Made by a program: the position numbers and the translations under genes. DNA of 63,423 nucleotides, filler included. It is 4 parts of 4 records of this genome, joined end to end, with 100 filler letters (N's around TTAATTAATTAA, not from the genome) between each part and the next. Parts side by side here need not be neighbours in the genome. Positions count along the whole stretch, not along the records: positions 22,509 to 45,994 come from SRR20825019_870; positions 46,095 to 57,151 come from SRR20825019_873; 2 more parts are not named here. One strand, 5' to 3'. Each line of letters opens with the position of its first letter. The stretch's first letter is position 1. Below the pieces are notes generated by a model, which was not told where the DNA came from, ran no database searches, and worked only from the letters and a program-made list of their open reading frames with translations. Positions 45,575 through 54,778 of the stretch are shown piece by piece.

Positions 45575-45994
45575 TTAACTGTTTTCAAAGGATCGCAGTT
45601 TTTTTATGATTTTTTCAACAGGAACTACTAGGTTCCGTATAATCTGTTCTCCATTAGGATCATCGACCAAGGCTACTAATATATATTTCCTGCCATCTTC
45701 TCCCCAAACAAGTATAGAATCTGAGTGGAAATTTCTCCAAGATCCAGATTTTCTAAACAACCTTGCATTAGGTGCTATTCTGTCTAAGGTATTTACAAAT
45801 TTATGATGTAATGCTGGGTTTTCCATGATATCCAACATTTCTTGGGAGCGTTCTTTATTAACCAAGTTACCAGTAACTAATTTGTAGTAAAACCTACAAA
45901 CTTGCTTTACTGAAGCTGCGTGACTTAATCCCTTAATAGGATCTGGCACTCTATTTCCTTGTGCAGCATAACGCTTGCCTACCCAAAGACCACC
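45575..45994 (-). CDS. Serine hydrolase (class A beta-lactamase-like), C-terminal part
   Basis: GGLWVGKRYA..., RKSGSWRNFHSDS (KSG motif), YILVALV; 5' part cut by the contig end. Confidence 0.75.
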   Translation of the reverse strand, partial: GGLWVGKRYAAQGNRVPDPIKGLSHAASVKQVCRFYYKLVTGNLVNKERSQEMLDIMENPALHHKFVNTLDRIAPNARLFRKSGSWRNFHSDSILVWGEDGRKYILVALVDDPNGEQIIRNLVVPVEKIIKKLRSFENS

Positions 45995-46094
45995 NNNNNN
46001 NNNNNNNNNNNNNNNNNNNNNNNNNNNNNNNNNNNNNNTTAATTAATTAANNNNNNNNNNNNNNNNNNNNNNNNNNNNNNNNNNNNNNNNNNNN
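45995..46094. other. Artificial contig spacer
   Basis: N runs plus TTAATTAATTAA. Confidence 0.98.
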
Positions 46095-46160
46095 TTCCTA
46101 CCCTTGCTATGTTCCCATCCTGGGGGATTCAGAAGGAGCTGGTCGTACAAGACTTACCCC
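46095..46160 (-). ncRNA. ffs: Signal recognition particle RNA (small type), 3' end truncated
   Basis: Minus strand reads GGGGTAAGTCTTGTACGACCAGCTCCTTCTGAATCCCCCAGGATGGGAACATAGCAAGGGTAGG, with a domain IV-like CAGG..GGAA..AGCA; Bacteroidota -7 element TAATTTTG at 46165-46172. Confidence 0.85.
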
Positions 46161-46207
46161 GCCGCAAAATTAGTACTTTAATTAAAATTCAAGCAATAAA
46201 ATGAAAT

Positions 46208-46240
46208 AAAAAAAGGGAAATCATTTCGACTTCCCTTTTC
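46208..46240 (-). terminator. Terminator of the ferredoxin gene
   Basis: AAAAAAGGGAA...TTCCCTTTT hairpin. Confidence 0.7.
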
Positions 46241-46260
46241 AACATTATTAAAACGCACTG

Positions 46261-46668
<408 letters not shown>

Positions 46669-46722
46669 TTAAAAATCGTTAATCAAATAGGATTTTCCCT
46701 TCAATGGGAATACTTTTGCACC

Positions 46723-47766
46723 GTGAAACAGGAAGAACTACTTAAAGGATTTTCTCAATTAGGCGCTGTAATGCGTGCGTTGGGGAAAAATGAGTCTTGG
46801 ACGGGCTTTGAATTAGGGTTAACAAAAGATGAATTTGATGAAATGATTGGTTTGATCAATCGTCAAGTGTCTCATAATGGCTGGTTTACTGCGGGAAATG
46901 TCCGGAAAAGTTTGCTTTCCTTAGGCGAAATGCTCGATTCTGATAAATTGGAGGAATGGTGCTCTGCTTATTCATTCGCGCAAACACCGAAGAGAGTAGG
47001 CCTGATCATGGCAGGGAATATCCCTATGGTTGGATTTCATGATTTTCTATGTGTGCTCGTTTCTGGAAATGTAGCGGTGTGTAAACTGAGTTCTACAGAT
47101 AAACACCTTATTCCAGCAGTATCTTCTTTGTTGATTAAATTTTTGCCAGAATTAAAAGAGAGAATTGTTTTTGTAGAAGGTAAGATTGGAGTGCTAGATG
47201 CTGTAATCGCTACAGGAAGCAATAATTCGCTAAAATACTTTGAACAGTATTTTGGACATTATCCTCACGTTTTCAGAAAAAACAGAACCTCAATTGCCAT
47301 TCTTGAAGGAAATGAAACCAAGGAGGAAATAGAACAACTAGGTGACGATATTTTTAGCTATTTCGGACTTGGTTGTCGAAATGTATCTCACTTGATGATT
47401 CCGACTGATTTTGAGCTGAGTCGCTTTTTCGAAGGGATTTTTACGCACAGTGAAGTCGTGAATAACAATAAGTATGGTAACAATTACGACTACAATAAAG
47501 CGGTCTATTTAATGAATCAATTACCATTGCTGGATAATAATTTTGTTTTGCTTCGAGAGTCTTCCGAATTGTTTTCTCCGCTTGCAATGATTCATTATCA
47601 GCGGTATAGTTCGCCTAAAGAAGTGGAGGATTATTTAAAAAATCATGAAGAAGATCTTCAAGTTATTGTTGGTAAAAAGTATACACCGTTCGGAATAGCA
47701 CAGAATCCCTCCTTAAACGATTATGCTGATGGAATGGATGTGATGGAATGGTTGTCAAAGTTGTAA
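46723..47766 (+). CDS. Acyl-CoA reductase (LuxC-like)
   Basis: IMAGNIPMVGFHD, IATGSNNS, YFGLGCRNVS. Start set at GTG 46723 just after TACTTTTG. Confidence 0.88.
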   Translation: MKQEELLKGFSQLGAVMRALGKNESWTGFELGLTKDEFDEMIGLINRQVSHNGWFTAGNVRKSLLSLGEMLDSDKLEEWCSAYSFAQTPKRVGLIMAGNIPMVGFHDFLCVLVSGNVAVCKLSSTDKHLIPAVSSLLIKFLPELKERIVFVEGKIGVLDAVIATGSNNSLKYFEQYFGHYPHVFRKNRTSIAILEGNETKEEIEQLGDDIFSYFGLGCRNVSHLMIPTDFELSRFFEGIFTHSEVVNNNKYGNNYDYNKAVYLMNQLPLLDNNFVLLRESSELFSPLAMIHYQRYSSPKEVEDYLKNHEEDLQVIVGKKYTPFGIAQNPSLNDYADGMDVMEWLSKL

Positions 47767-47806
47767 GATTTCGTTACCTTTCCTAGTTAAACTACGATTA
47801 CTAGAG

Positions 47807-49753
47807 ATGCCAGACGGAATTGCGCGAAAGAAAATTTACACGGATTATTTAATCATGAATTCTTTGGAGTGCATTTGTGCTTCAGACGAAACTGGATTCA
47901 TATTTGAATTTAATCCAGCAGCAGAGCAGGTATTTGGTTATACAAAAGCAGAAATTCAAATTCTTGGAGCAGGAGAAATGTTTGCTACAGAGAAAGAATT
48001 TGAGCGAGTTTCAGAAATTTTAGTGCAACGTGGAAGGTACTTCGGTGAAGTTGTCAATAAGCGTAAAAATGGCGAAATATTCGTTTCATATTTAACTGCA
48101 AATGTCATCTTTGACGAAAATGGGGAGCAAATCGGTACGATGGGTGTTTCCAGAGATATTTCGCGTGAGAAAGAACTTGTTAGAGAAGTGGAGCGTTCCC
48201 AGAAAGAAAAAAGCGGATTGATTTCTGAGATTGAAGAACTGTCGCAAATCGCTACATCAATTACCAATGGGATTGTAATCACAGACGTAGACGGAAGGGT
48301 AAAGTGGTGTAATTACGGTTTTACCAAAATGTCGGGATATGAATTGGACGAATTGAAAGGGTATTATCCAAGTCAGGTGATTCGCATTCCACATTTTTAT
48401 CAAGAAGATTTTAAAAGAATAACGGCGAATGGGCCAAATTTTAAGGAAGCTGTTCAAGTGCCGCATTATACAAAATCGGGTGATTTATATTGGATTCTCG
48501 TTGAATCAACACCCGTTTATGATTCGGATGGACAGTTGACTCAAATTATCGAGGTTTGTACCGAAATCACAGATCAGAAACGTGCGGAAATTGCGCTCGT
48601 TGAAAGTGAACAAAACTTTAGAAAAATTTCTGAAACCATCAGCGATGCTTTTTATCTCTACAATATTTTTGAGCAAGAATATGAGTACATGAGCCCAAAA
48701 TGCTTTGAAATATTGGGCGTTTCGGATGACTTCTTTTATAGTGGAAAGGCGTTCAGTGATGTGATTTATCCAGAAGACAAGTACATTTTCAAACGAAGCT
48801 ATCTTGGCTTGAAGAATAAAATGTCCTTTGATATTGAATACCGAATAATAAAGAACGGAGAAATTAGATGGATTCACGAACGCGGATATCCAATCGAAGA
48901 TTCAGATGGTAAAGTGATTAAAACCAGCGGAGTTTGCGCAGATATAACAGAGGAAAAATACACGAGAGAACTGGTTCAACGTCAGAATATTGACATTCAG
49001 GAAAGTATTTCCTATGCGCGCTTGATTCAGGAAGCTACGCTAACCGAGGTAGAAGAAATGAAAGAGGTTTTTCCTGAGTCGTTTGTTCTTTTTAGACCAA
49101 AAGGTGAATTGAGTGGAGATTTTTATATGACTGACTTGATTCGAACGACGGCAGGTCATGAAATGAAATCTTTTATTGTAGCAGATTGTACTGGTCATGG
49201 AGTTCCCGGGGCAATTTTAAGCATCCTTTGTAATAGTCTTATTAAGCAGACATTCACAAATCCTCAGGTAAACACGCCGGGGCAAGCATTGGATACCGTG
49301 AGAAGTCAGTTAATTAAATTGTTCAAAACACGAGTTACTGATCAAATGCGAGATGGAATGGACATTGGCTTCGGATTGGTCGATGATAAACGAAGAAAAA
49401 TTTTCTTCGCCGGCGCAAATATGTCGTGTGTAATCGCTCGAGGAAACGGACTTTTGGAAATCACAGGAGATCGACAACATGTTGGATACAACACTGAATT
49501 GAATCCATTCACAGATCATACGTTTAATTATGAACCGAATGATACCGTTTATTTATTCACCGATGGATTCGTGGATCAATTTGGGGGAGAGAAAAATAAA
49601 CGTTTCATGTCGCGTCGCCTTTATGACCTTATTGGGAAAGTAAGTCATCTTCCAATGAGAGAACAGCAGGAAAAATTTACACATGCGTTCGAATCTTGGA
49701 AAGGGATTGATGAGCAGACGGATGACATGACTTTCCTTGCAGTAAGATTGTAG
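47807..49753 (+). CDS. Triple-PAS SpoIIE/PP2C-type serine phosphatase
   Basis: Three PAS/PAC units; SGDFY, ADCTGHGVPGA, DGMD, FTDGFVDQFGG, QTDD. Confidence 0.92.
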   Translation: MPDGIARKKIYTDYLIMNSLECICASDETGFIFEFNPAAEQVFGYTKAEIQILGAGEMFATEKEFERVSEILVQRGRYFGEVVNKRKNGEIFVSYLTANVIFDENGEQIGTMGVSRDISREKELVREVERSQKEKSGLISEIEELSQIATSITNGIVITDVDGRVKWCNYGFTKMSGYELDELKGYYPSQVIRIPHFYQEDFKRITANGPNFKEAVQVPHYTKSGDLYWILVESTPVYDSDGQLTQIIEVCTEITDQKRAEIALVESEQNFRKISETISDAFYLYNIFEQEYEYMSPKCFEILGVSDDFFYSGKAFSDVIYPEDKYIFKRSYLGLKNKMSFDIEYRIIKNGEIRWIHERGYPIEDSDGKVIKTSGVCADITEEKYTRELVQRQNIDIQESISYARLIQEATLTEVEEMKEVFPESFVLFRPKGELSGDFYMTDLIRTTAGHEMKSFIVADCTGHGVPGAILSILCNSLIKQTFTNPQVNTPGQALDTVRSQLIKLFKTRVTDQMRDGMDIGFGLVDDKRRKIFFAGANMSCVIARGNGLLEITGDRQHVGYNTELNPFTDHTFNYEPNDTVYLFTDGFVDQFGGEKNKRFMSRRLYDLIGKVSHLPMREQQEKFTHAFESWKGIDEQTDDMTFLAVRL

Positions 49754-49788
49754 TTAACTCTAATTGTTTTCTATTAACTTTGACTATC

Positions 49789-50202
49789 ATGTTATCTAAG
49801 AAAACCAAATATGGATTAAAAGCCTTGAGCTATCTTGCTAAGCAAGAGGATAAAAAGCCGATTCTTATTTCTGAAATTGCCGAATGTCAGAATATCTCTC
49901 AGAAGTTTCTAGAATCCATTCTCTTAAACCTTAAGAAAGATGGGATTTTGGGCTCGAAAAAGGGAAAGGGTGGAGGATATTACCTTCTTAAATCACCAGA
50001 AGAGGTTTCCATGGCGAAAGTAATCCGATTGCTCGAAGGTCCAATCGCATGGTTGCCATGTGTCAGTCTCAATTATTACGAAAAATGCAACGACTGTGAT
50101 AGCGAAGAAGAATGTACTCTAAATCACTTGATGATTGAAGTGCGTGACAATACGCTGAAAGTGCTCGAAAGCAAAACACTCCGCGACTTAAGTCAAAAGT
50201 AG
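49789..50202 (+). CDS. Rrf2-family Fe-S transcriptional regulator
   Basis: MLSKKTKYGL, SKKGKGGGY, CVSLNYYEKCNDC..EEC. Confidence 0.93.
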   Translation: MLSKKTKYGLKALSYLAKQEDKKPILISEIAECQNISQKFLESILLNLKKDGILGSKKGKGGGYYLLKSPEEVSMAKVIRLLEGPIAWLPCVSLNYYEKCNDCDSEEECTLNHLMIEVRDNTLKVLESKTLRDLSQK

Positions 50203-50244
50203 TGATTCCAAAAAATACCTTGATCTAACCGAAATATCGAGCGC

Positions 50245-50490
50245 ATGATTATTGATAAACTAATTGCTGGACGACCAAACAGCACGCGAGTTTCCTTAAT
50301 GAAAACAATTTCTTGGAGAATTTTAGGAACGCTTGACACCATCGTTATTTCCTATTTAATGACGGGCAAGTTAAAAATTGCTTTGAGTATTGGCGGTTTG
50401 GAGGTAATCACGAAGATGCTTTTGTACTATTTACACGAGCGCGCATGGATCAAACTCTTGGGGCGCTCCCAACGAAATGAAATAACTTAA
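50245..50490 (+). CDS. DUF2061 small membrane protein
   Basis: SLMKTISWRILGTLDT...YYLHERAW. Confidence 0.85.
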   Translation: MIIDKLIAGRPNSTRVSLMKTISWRILGTLDTIVISYLMTGKLKIALSIGGLEVITKMLLYYLHERAWIKLLGRSQRNEIT

Positions 50491-50581
50491 GGATCAATAT
50501 AACCCCAATTCCACTTTCAACCAATTCATGTATTACATTAACTTTTACTGGTTGACACAAGCAAATATGTACATTTACGCC

Positions 50582-51571
50582 ATGAAAAAATGGTTATTGT
50601 TCAGTTTTATTGTTTGCTCACTTCCAATGCTCGTTGGGGTGAATACACAACCTTCGCCAAAAACAGCACCAGAAATACCCTCCTTTGAATCCGAGCGAAT
50701 GATCGCAAAATATCATATTGTGGTAGTAGTTGATGGACCTAGATGGTCGGAAACTTTTGGAGATACTACGTATCAATATATACCAAACCTTGGAAATAAG
50801 CTGAGAAAAGAGGGAACATTGTTCACAAACTTTAGAAATGGAGGGAGAACGTATACCAATTCTGGACATACAGCAATTTGTACAGGAGTTCATGAGAATA
50901 TTTCAAATCAGGGAAAGGAACTCCCAAGACATGCCAGTATTTTCCAACATTTAATCAAAGATAGACAGCTTGATAAGCGAGATGCTTGGATACTAACCAG
51001 TAAGGGGAAGTTGGATATCCTTGCGAACACAAAGGATAAAGAGTGGTGGAATAAATATATGCCATCAACTTATTGTGGACTGAATGGATCGGGAATAGGT
51101 TATCCCGACGACAGGTTTATGTTGCCTATTTTCAAAGAAATTATTGCTGAACATAAACCGATTTTGACACTCATTAACTTTTTGGACATTGACTCATGGG
51201 GGCACGCAGGCGATTGGGGGCGTTACATTCAAGCTCACAGAGACGTGGATAGCATGGTGATGGAGTTGTGGAATATGATCGAGAGCGATCCTGTGATGAA
51301 AGGAAAAACGGCTTTATACATTACAAATGATCATGGAAGACATTTGGATGGACACAAAGACGGGTTTAAAAGTCATGGAGATGGCTGCGAAGGTTGCAGA
51401 CACATTAGTTTACTCGCCATTGGTCCTGATTTTCAGAAAAACAGAGAAGTATCTGGAAAGTATGATCAAATTGATTTGACCGCAACACTTGCCACTTTTT
51501 TAAGTCTCACTATGGACGACGCTAAGGGCTGCCCAATTCCAGAGTTACTAGAACAGCCAATTTCAAAGTAG
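50582..51571 (+). CDS. Secreted alkaline phosphatase/sulfatase-superfamily hydrolase
   Basis: Signal peptide; VDGPR, TNSGHTAICTG, DSWGH, TNDHG metal ligands. Confidence 0.8.
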   Translation: MKKWLLFSFIVCSLPMLVGVNTQPSPKTAPEIPSFESERMIAKYHIVVVVDGPRWSETFGDTTYQYIPNLGNKLRKEGTLFTNFRNGGRTYTNSGHTAICTGVHENISNQGKELPRHASIFQHLIKDRQLDKRDAWILTSKGKLDILANTKDKEWWNKYMPSTYCGLNGSGIGYPDDRFMLPIFKEIIAEHKPILTLINFLDIDSWGHAGDWGRYIQAHRDVDSMVMELWNMIESDPVMKGKTALYITNDHGRHLDGHKDGFKSHGDGCEGCRHISLLAIGPDFQKNREVSGKYDQIDLTATLATFLSLTMDDAKGCPIPELLEQPISK

Positions 51572-51622
51572 ATTTTTCTTTAAGAATAGATCATTAGAAA
51601 AGGGTCTTTTGGGCAATTCTCA

Positions 51623-53644
51623 TTAAAGAGATTTAATTACGAACTCTACGCGTCTGTTTAACTGTTTATTTTCCTCAGTGTCGTTTGGAGCAACCGGATT
51701 ATTTTCTCCCTTTCCAACGCTAATGATTCTCTCTGAAGCGATTCCAGATGAAATTAAGTATTCTTTTACCGATTTTGCACGATTTCCGCTGAGTGTTAAA
51801 TTGTAGGCATCGTTTCCTACATCATCCGTGTGACCTTCAATTTCAACGTGCATAGTTGCATTCTTTTTCATCAAAGAAGCGAGTTGCTTCAACTCCACAG
51901 AAGATTCTTGACGTAGGTTCGATTTATCAAAATCGAAGTAAATATTGTTCACAACGATTCGGGTTCCAACTTCGATAGGGACAAGGTAAAGATCACGGAC
52001 AATTTCTTGGTAAGTCGTTACAGTGTCCAAACGGATGTCTGAAGAAATCCCAATAAAGCCGTCCTTTTGAGCAGAAAAGCCATAGTGATCACCAGCGGGA
52101 AGTACGATCTGATAGGAACCGTCCTTTTCCGTAGAAATCGCGGTTCCCATCAGTTTTTCAGATGTTAGTGAATAGTACTGAATCGTTGTCGCTAAATATT
52201 CTCCCGTTTTCTTGTTTCGAATCTTTCCTTTAATCAGCGTCACAGGACTTGGACGTAATTCATTCGGCACTTGAATTCGAAATAAATCAATTTTATTTGA
52301 AGGTGTTTTACTTGTAAAATAAGCGAAATCACCACTCGCTGGGAGTGTGTAGTATGCGTCAAACCCGTTTGTGTTTATGGAACTCCCCATATTAACCGGT
52401 GTCGACCAATCTTCCCAACCATCTCCTAATCTTCTTGAAAGGTAAATGTCCTTACCGCCATAACCAGGAAAGCATTCACTTGCAAAATAGAGCGTTCGAT
52501 TATCTGATGCTATGAATGGAGAGGTTTCGCTTCCAACTGTATTTAGGACTTTTCCCATGTTTTTCGGAGCGGTCCACGTTCCGTCTTCTTTTAAAAGCGA
52601 ATAATGTAAATCTTTAGATCCCACGCCGTCTTTTCGCTGAATGGTAAGAATGATAACATCACCAGAATTAGAAAGAGAAAATTCGGCATACGTGTTATCG
52701 TTGTAGTAATCGTCCATAGGAACTTGAACTGGAAATTCCCATCCGTTCGACCCTTTGGTTGTCATAGAAAGTCCTTTTCCCATGGTTCCGTTAGAATTGT
52801 AGACATTGAGCAGAAGCGCTTTGTTTCCGTCGGGAGTAATAGATGAAAGCGTATTATTTGACTGACTATTCAAAGGAGTCCCGATGTTTACAGCTTTGCC
52901 AAACTGACCAGATGAATCAATTTGAGATGTCCAAATATCTTGATATTTACCGCCTGTATTATCAGGATGTCCGTCACGAGTGAAATAAATTGTTCTACCG
53001 TCAGGAGCGATTACAGGAGATAATTCGTCTACTTGAGAGTTGATATTGTTACCCAAAGATTCTTTTTGTACCGACTCTAAACCGCCAGAAATTACATTGA
53101 TGAAACTTTTAGGAAGATCAAGATGATTGGCGATTCCTATAGCATCTATTTGATTGAATCCGTTGACTTTATCTGTGTTCATTTCAACGAATACAGCAGC
53201 TACATCGTATGGTGTTTTTTCAAAAGTAATTTGGAGAAGACGTCCATTTGGCCAATGATTAATAGTCGTATCAAGGTACACAACGTGACTTACTGCTTTC
53301 GTATCAATGAGTGAAACACGGGAAATAGAACCAGCGTTAAAGTTCTCATTAATTAATACCTGTTGAATTGGCATAGGATGAGCAAACGATACTTCGATAA
53401 ATTCTCCATATTTAGTTGGATTCTTTTCTTTCGATGGAGACCAAGCTGCAGAAGAAGTTCCTCCTTTAATTTCTACAGATGGAGCACCCAAAGCTTGATT
53501 TGCTCGAAACTGGGACGGAACTTTTTCATTCGAAAACTCAGATGAAACGCGTTTCACTTTATCAGCCCATTGGATTTCCTGAGAAAATGAAAATCCCACA
53601 GATAGTAAAGAAATGAACCCAAGAATTATACGATTAGCCATCAT
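51623..53644 (-). CDS. OmpA-family protein with PD40 propeller repeats
   Basis: SPVIAPDGRTIYF and SPFIASDNRTLYF repeats; C-terminal NIYFDFDK, IEGHTD, LSGNRA, NRRVEF. Confidence 0.92.
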   Translation of the reverse strand: MMANRIILGFISLLSVGFSFSQEIQWADKVKRVSSEFSNEKVPSQFRANQALGAPSVEIKGGTSSAAWSPSKEKNPTKYGEFIEVSFAHPMPIQQVLINENFNAGSISRVSLIDTKAVSHVVYLDTTINHWPNGRLLQITFEKTPYDVAAVFVEMNTDKVNGFNQIDAIGIANHLDLPKSFINVISGGLESVQKESLGNNINSQVDELSPVIAPDGRTIYFTRDGHPDNTGGKYQDIWTSQIDSSGQFGKAVNIGTPLNSQSNNTLSSITPDGNKALLLNVYNSNGTMGKGLSMTTKGSNGWEFPVQVPMDDYYNDNTYAEFSLSNSGDVIILTIQRKDGVGSKDLHYSLLKEDGTWTAPKNMGKVLNTVGSETSPFIASDNRTLYFASECFPGYGGKDIYLSRRLGDGWEDWSTPVNMGSSINTNGFDAYYTLPASGDFAYFTSKTPSNKIDLFRIQVPNELRPSPVTLIKGKIRNKKTGEYLATTIQYYSLTSEKLMGTAISTEKDGSYQIVLPAGDHYGFSAQKDGFIGISSDIRLDTVTTYQEIVRDLYLVPIEVGTRIVVNNIYFDFDKSNLRQESSVELKQLASLMKKNATMHVEIEGHTDDVGNDAYNLTLSGNRAKSVKEYLISSGIASERIISVGKGENNPVAPNDTEENKQLNRRVEFVIKSL

Positions 53645-53699
53645 TTTTTTTTATTCAAAATTGATGAAATCCTGAAAACAAAAAAATACGATGATATAC

Positions 53700-54662
53700 T
53701 TATTTATTCATTTTCGCACTCTCTAGAAACTCGTAAGCTTGTTGAATATGCAGAAATCGCTCATGTGCGATCTTTTGCTGCTCTTCAGATTGATCCATGA
53801 ATTTATCAGGGTGATGAAGCTTTACCATTGTCCTGTATGCCTTCTTTATTTCCTCAATTCCTGCATTTACGGAAACGTTTAACACAGTAGATGACTGTTC
53901 AATAAGCTTCAGTAATTTCAATTTCTCAGACCTAGATGAACTCGGCTCATGATTTTGCTCCGTTTTCTTCTGATACATGCTGATCACACTTCGCACATCC
54001 GCTAACGAAAGATGGAGCAATTCGCCAAGATCGTAGAGCATTTTTTCTTCCCTAGGAGCAATGCTACCGTCTATAATTGATAAACCCGCAAGAAAATAAA
54101 GGAGTTGTAATTTTTGAGATTGATCGCTTAAATGATGATTGAGCCATTTAGACACAATTTCGAGTGAAATAGGATTTCGATAAGCACTCTTTAGGATTTC
54201 TTCAAAATCGTATTTGCTTTTAGGGAAGTAATTGCGCAAATAAGTATTCAAATAAGCTAACTTTCCGCCAATATCTACACGATCGTAAATGATCATATTC
54301 ACTCCTAAACGCATGTAAGCTTCAAGTAAGTGATCTTGCTTCAGCGGTCGCTTTTTATTGAATACATCCTTTTGCCAAAGATGATCATATCTGCGTTTTT
54401 CACGAACTTTCATGTATATGATTCCCCCAATTCCAATTAGGAAGAAGAGCGTCATCCAAAAATTTCGTTCTTTGAATTTCTCATTTTCACTTCCGGACCC
54501 ATTGTAGGGTGAGTAATTATCAGAAGTAGATTTTCTTGATTCATTGAGAAGAGAATCAAGCTGTTCATTAACAGTTAGCCTATTCGTCTCCTCCTGTGCT
54601 GTGGACTTAAGCGAGAATGTGCAGAGTATTATTAGTAGAAAAGAAGTCAGCCGTAAAATCAT
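53700..54662 (-). CDS. TerB-like + DnaJ (DjlA-like) membrane co-chaperone
   Basis: IDGSIAPREEKML (TerB-like); IKKAYRTMVKLHHPDK J-domain; N-terminal signal and TM segment. Confidence 0.85.
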   Translation of the reverse strand: MILRLTSFLLIILCTFSLKSTAQEETNRLTVNEQLDSLLNESRKSTSDNYSPYNGSGSENEKFKERNFWMTLFFLIGIGGIIYMKVREKRRYDHLWQKDVFNKKRPLKQDHLLEAYMRLGVNMIIYDRVDIGGKLAYLNTYLRNYFPKSKYDFEEILKSAYRNPISLEIVSKWLNHHLSDQSQKLQLLYFLAGLSIIDGSIAPREEKMLYDLGELLHLSLADVRSVISMYQKKTEQNHEPSSSRSEKLKLLKLIEQSSTVLNVSVNAGIEEIKKAYRTMVKLHHPDKFMDQSEEQQKIAHERFLHIQQAYEFLESAKMNK

Positions 54663-54695
54663 CGATTAAAACTAAGGATTCTACGGAAATCAACA

Positions 54696-54723
54696 AGTCC
54701 CATCAACAAAAGTTAATGGGACT
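54696..54723 (-). terminator. Hairpin/terminator downstream of the paralog pair
   Basis: AGTCCCATCAAC-AAAA-GTTAATGGGACT inverted repeat. Confidence 0.55.
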
Positions 54724-54778
54724 GTCTTCGTTAGCTATTGGTTATGAAAAAACTACGAAAAATGAAGGCCAATAGAAA

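Noticed and set aside
46723-47766. Bioluminescence (lux) locus
   Set aside because: Only a LuxC-like reductase is present, with no luxAB/luxE; the ferredoxin-reductase pair is a common Bacteroidota arrangement.
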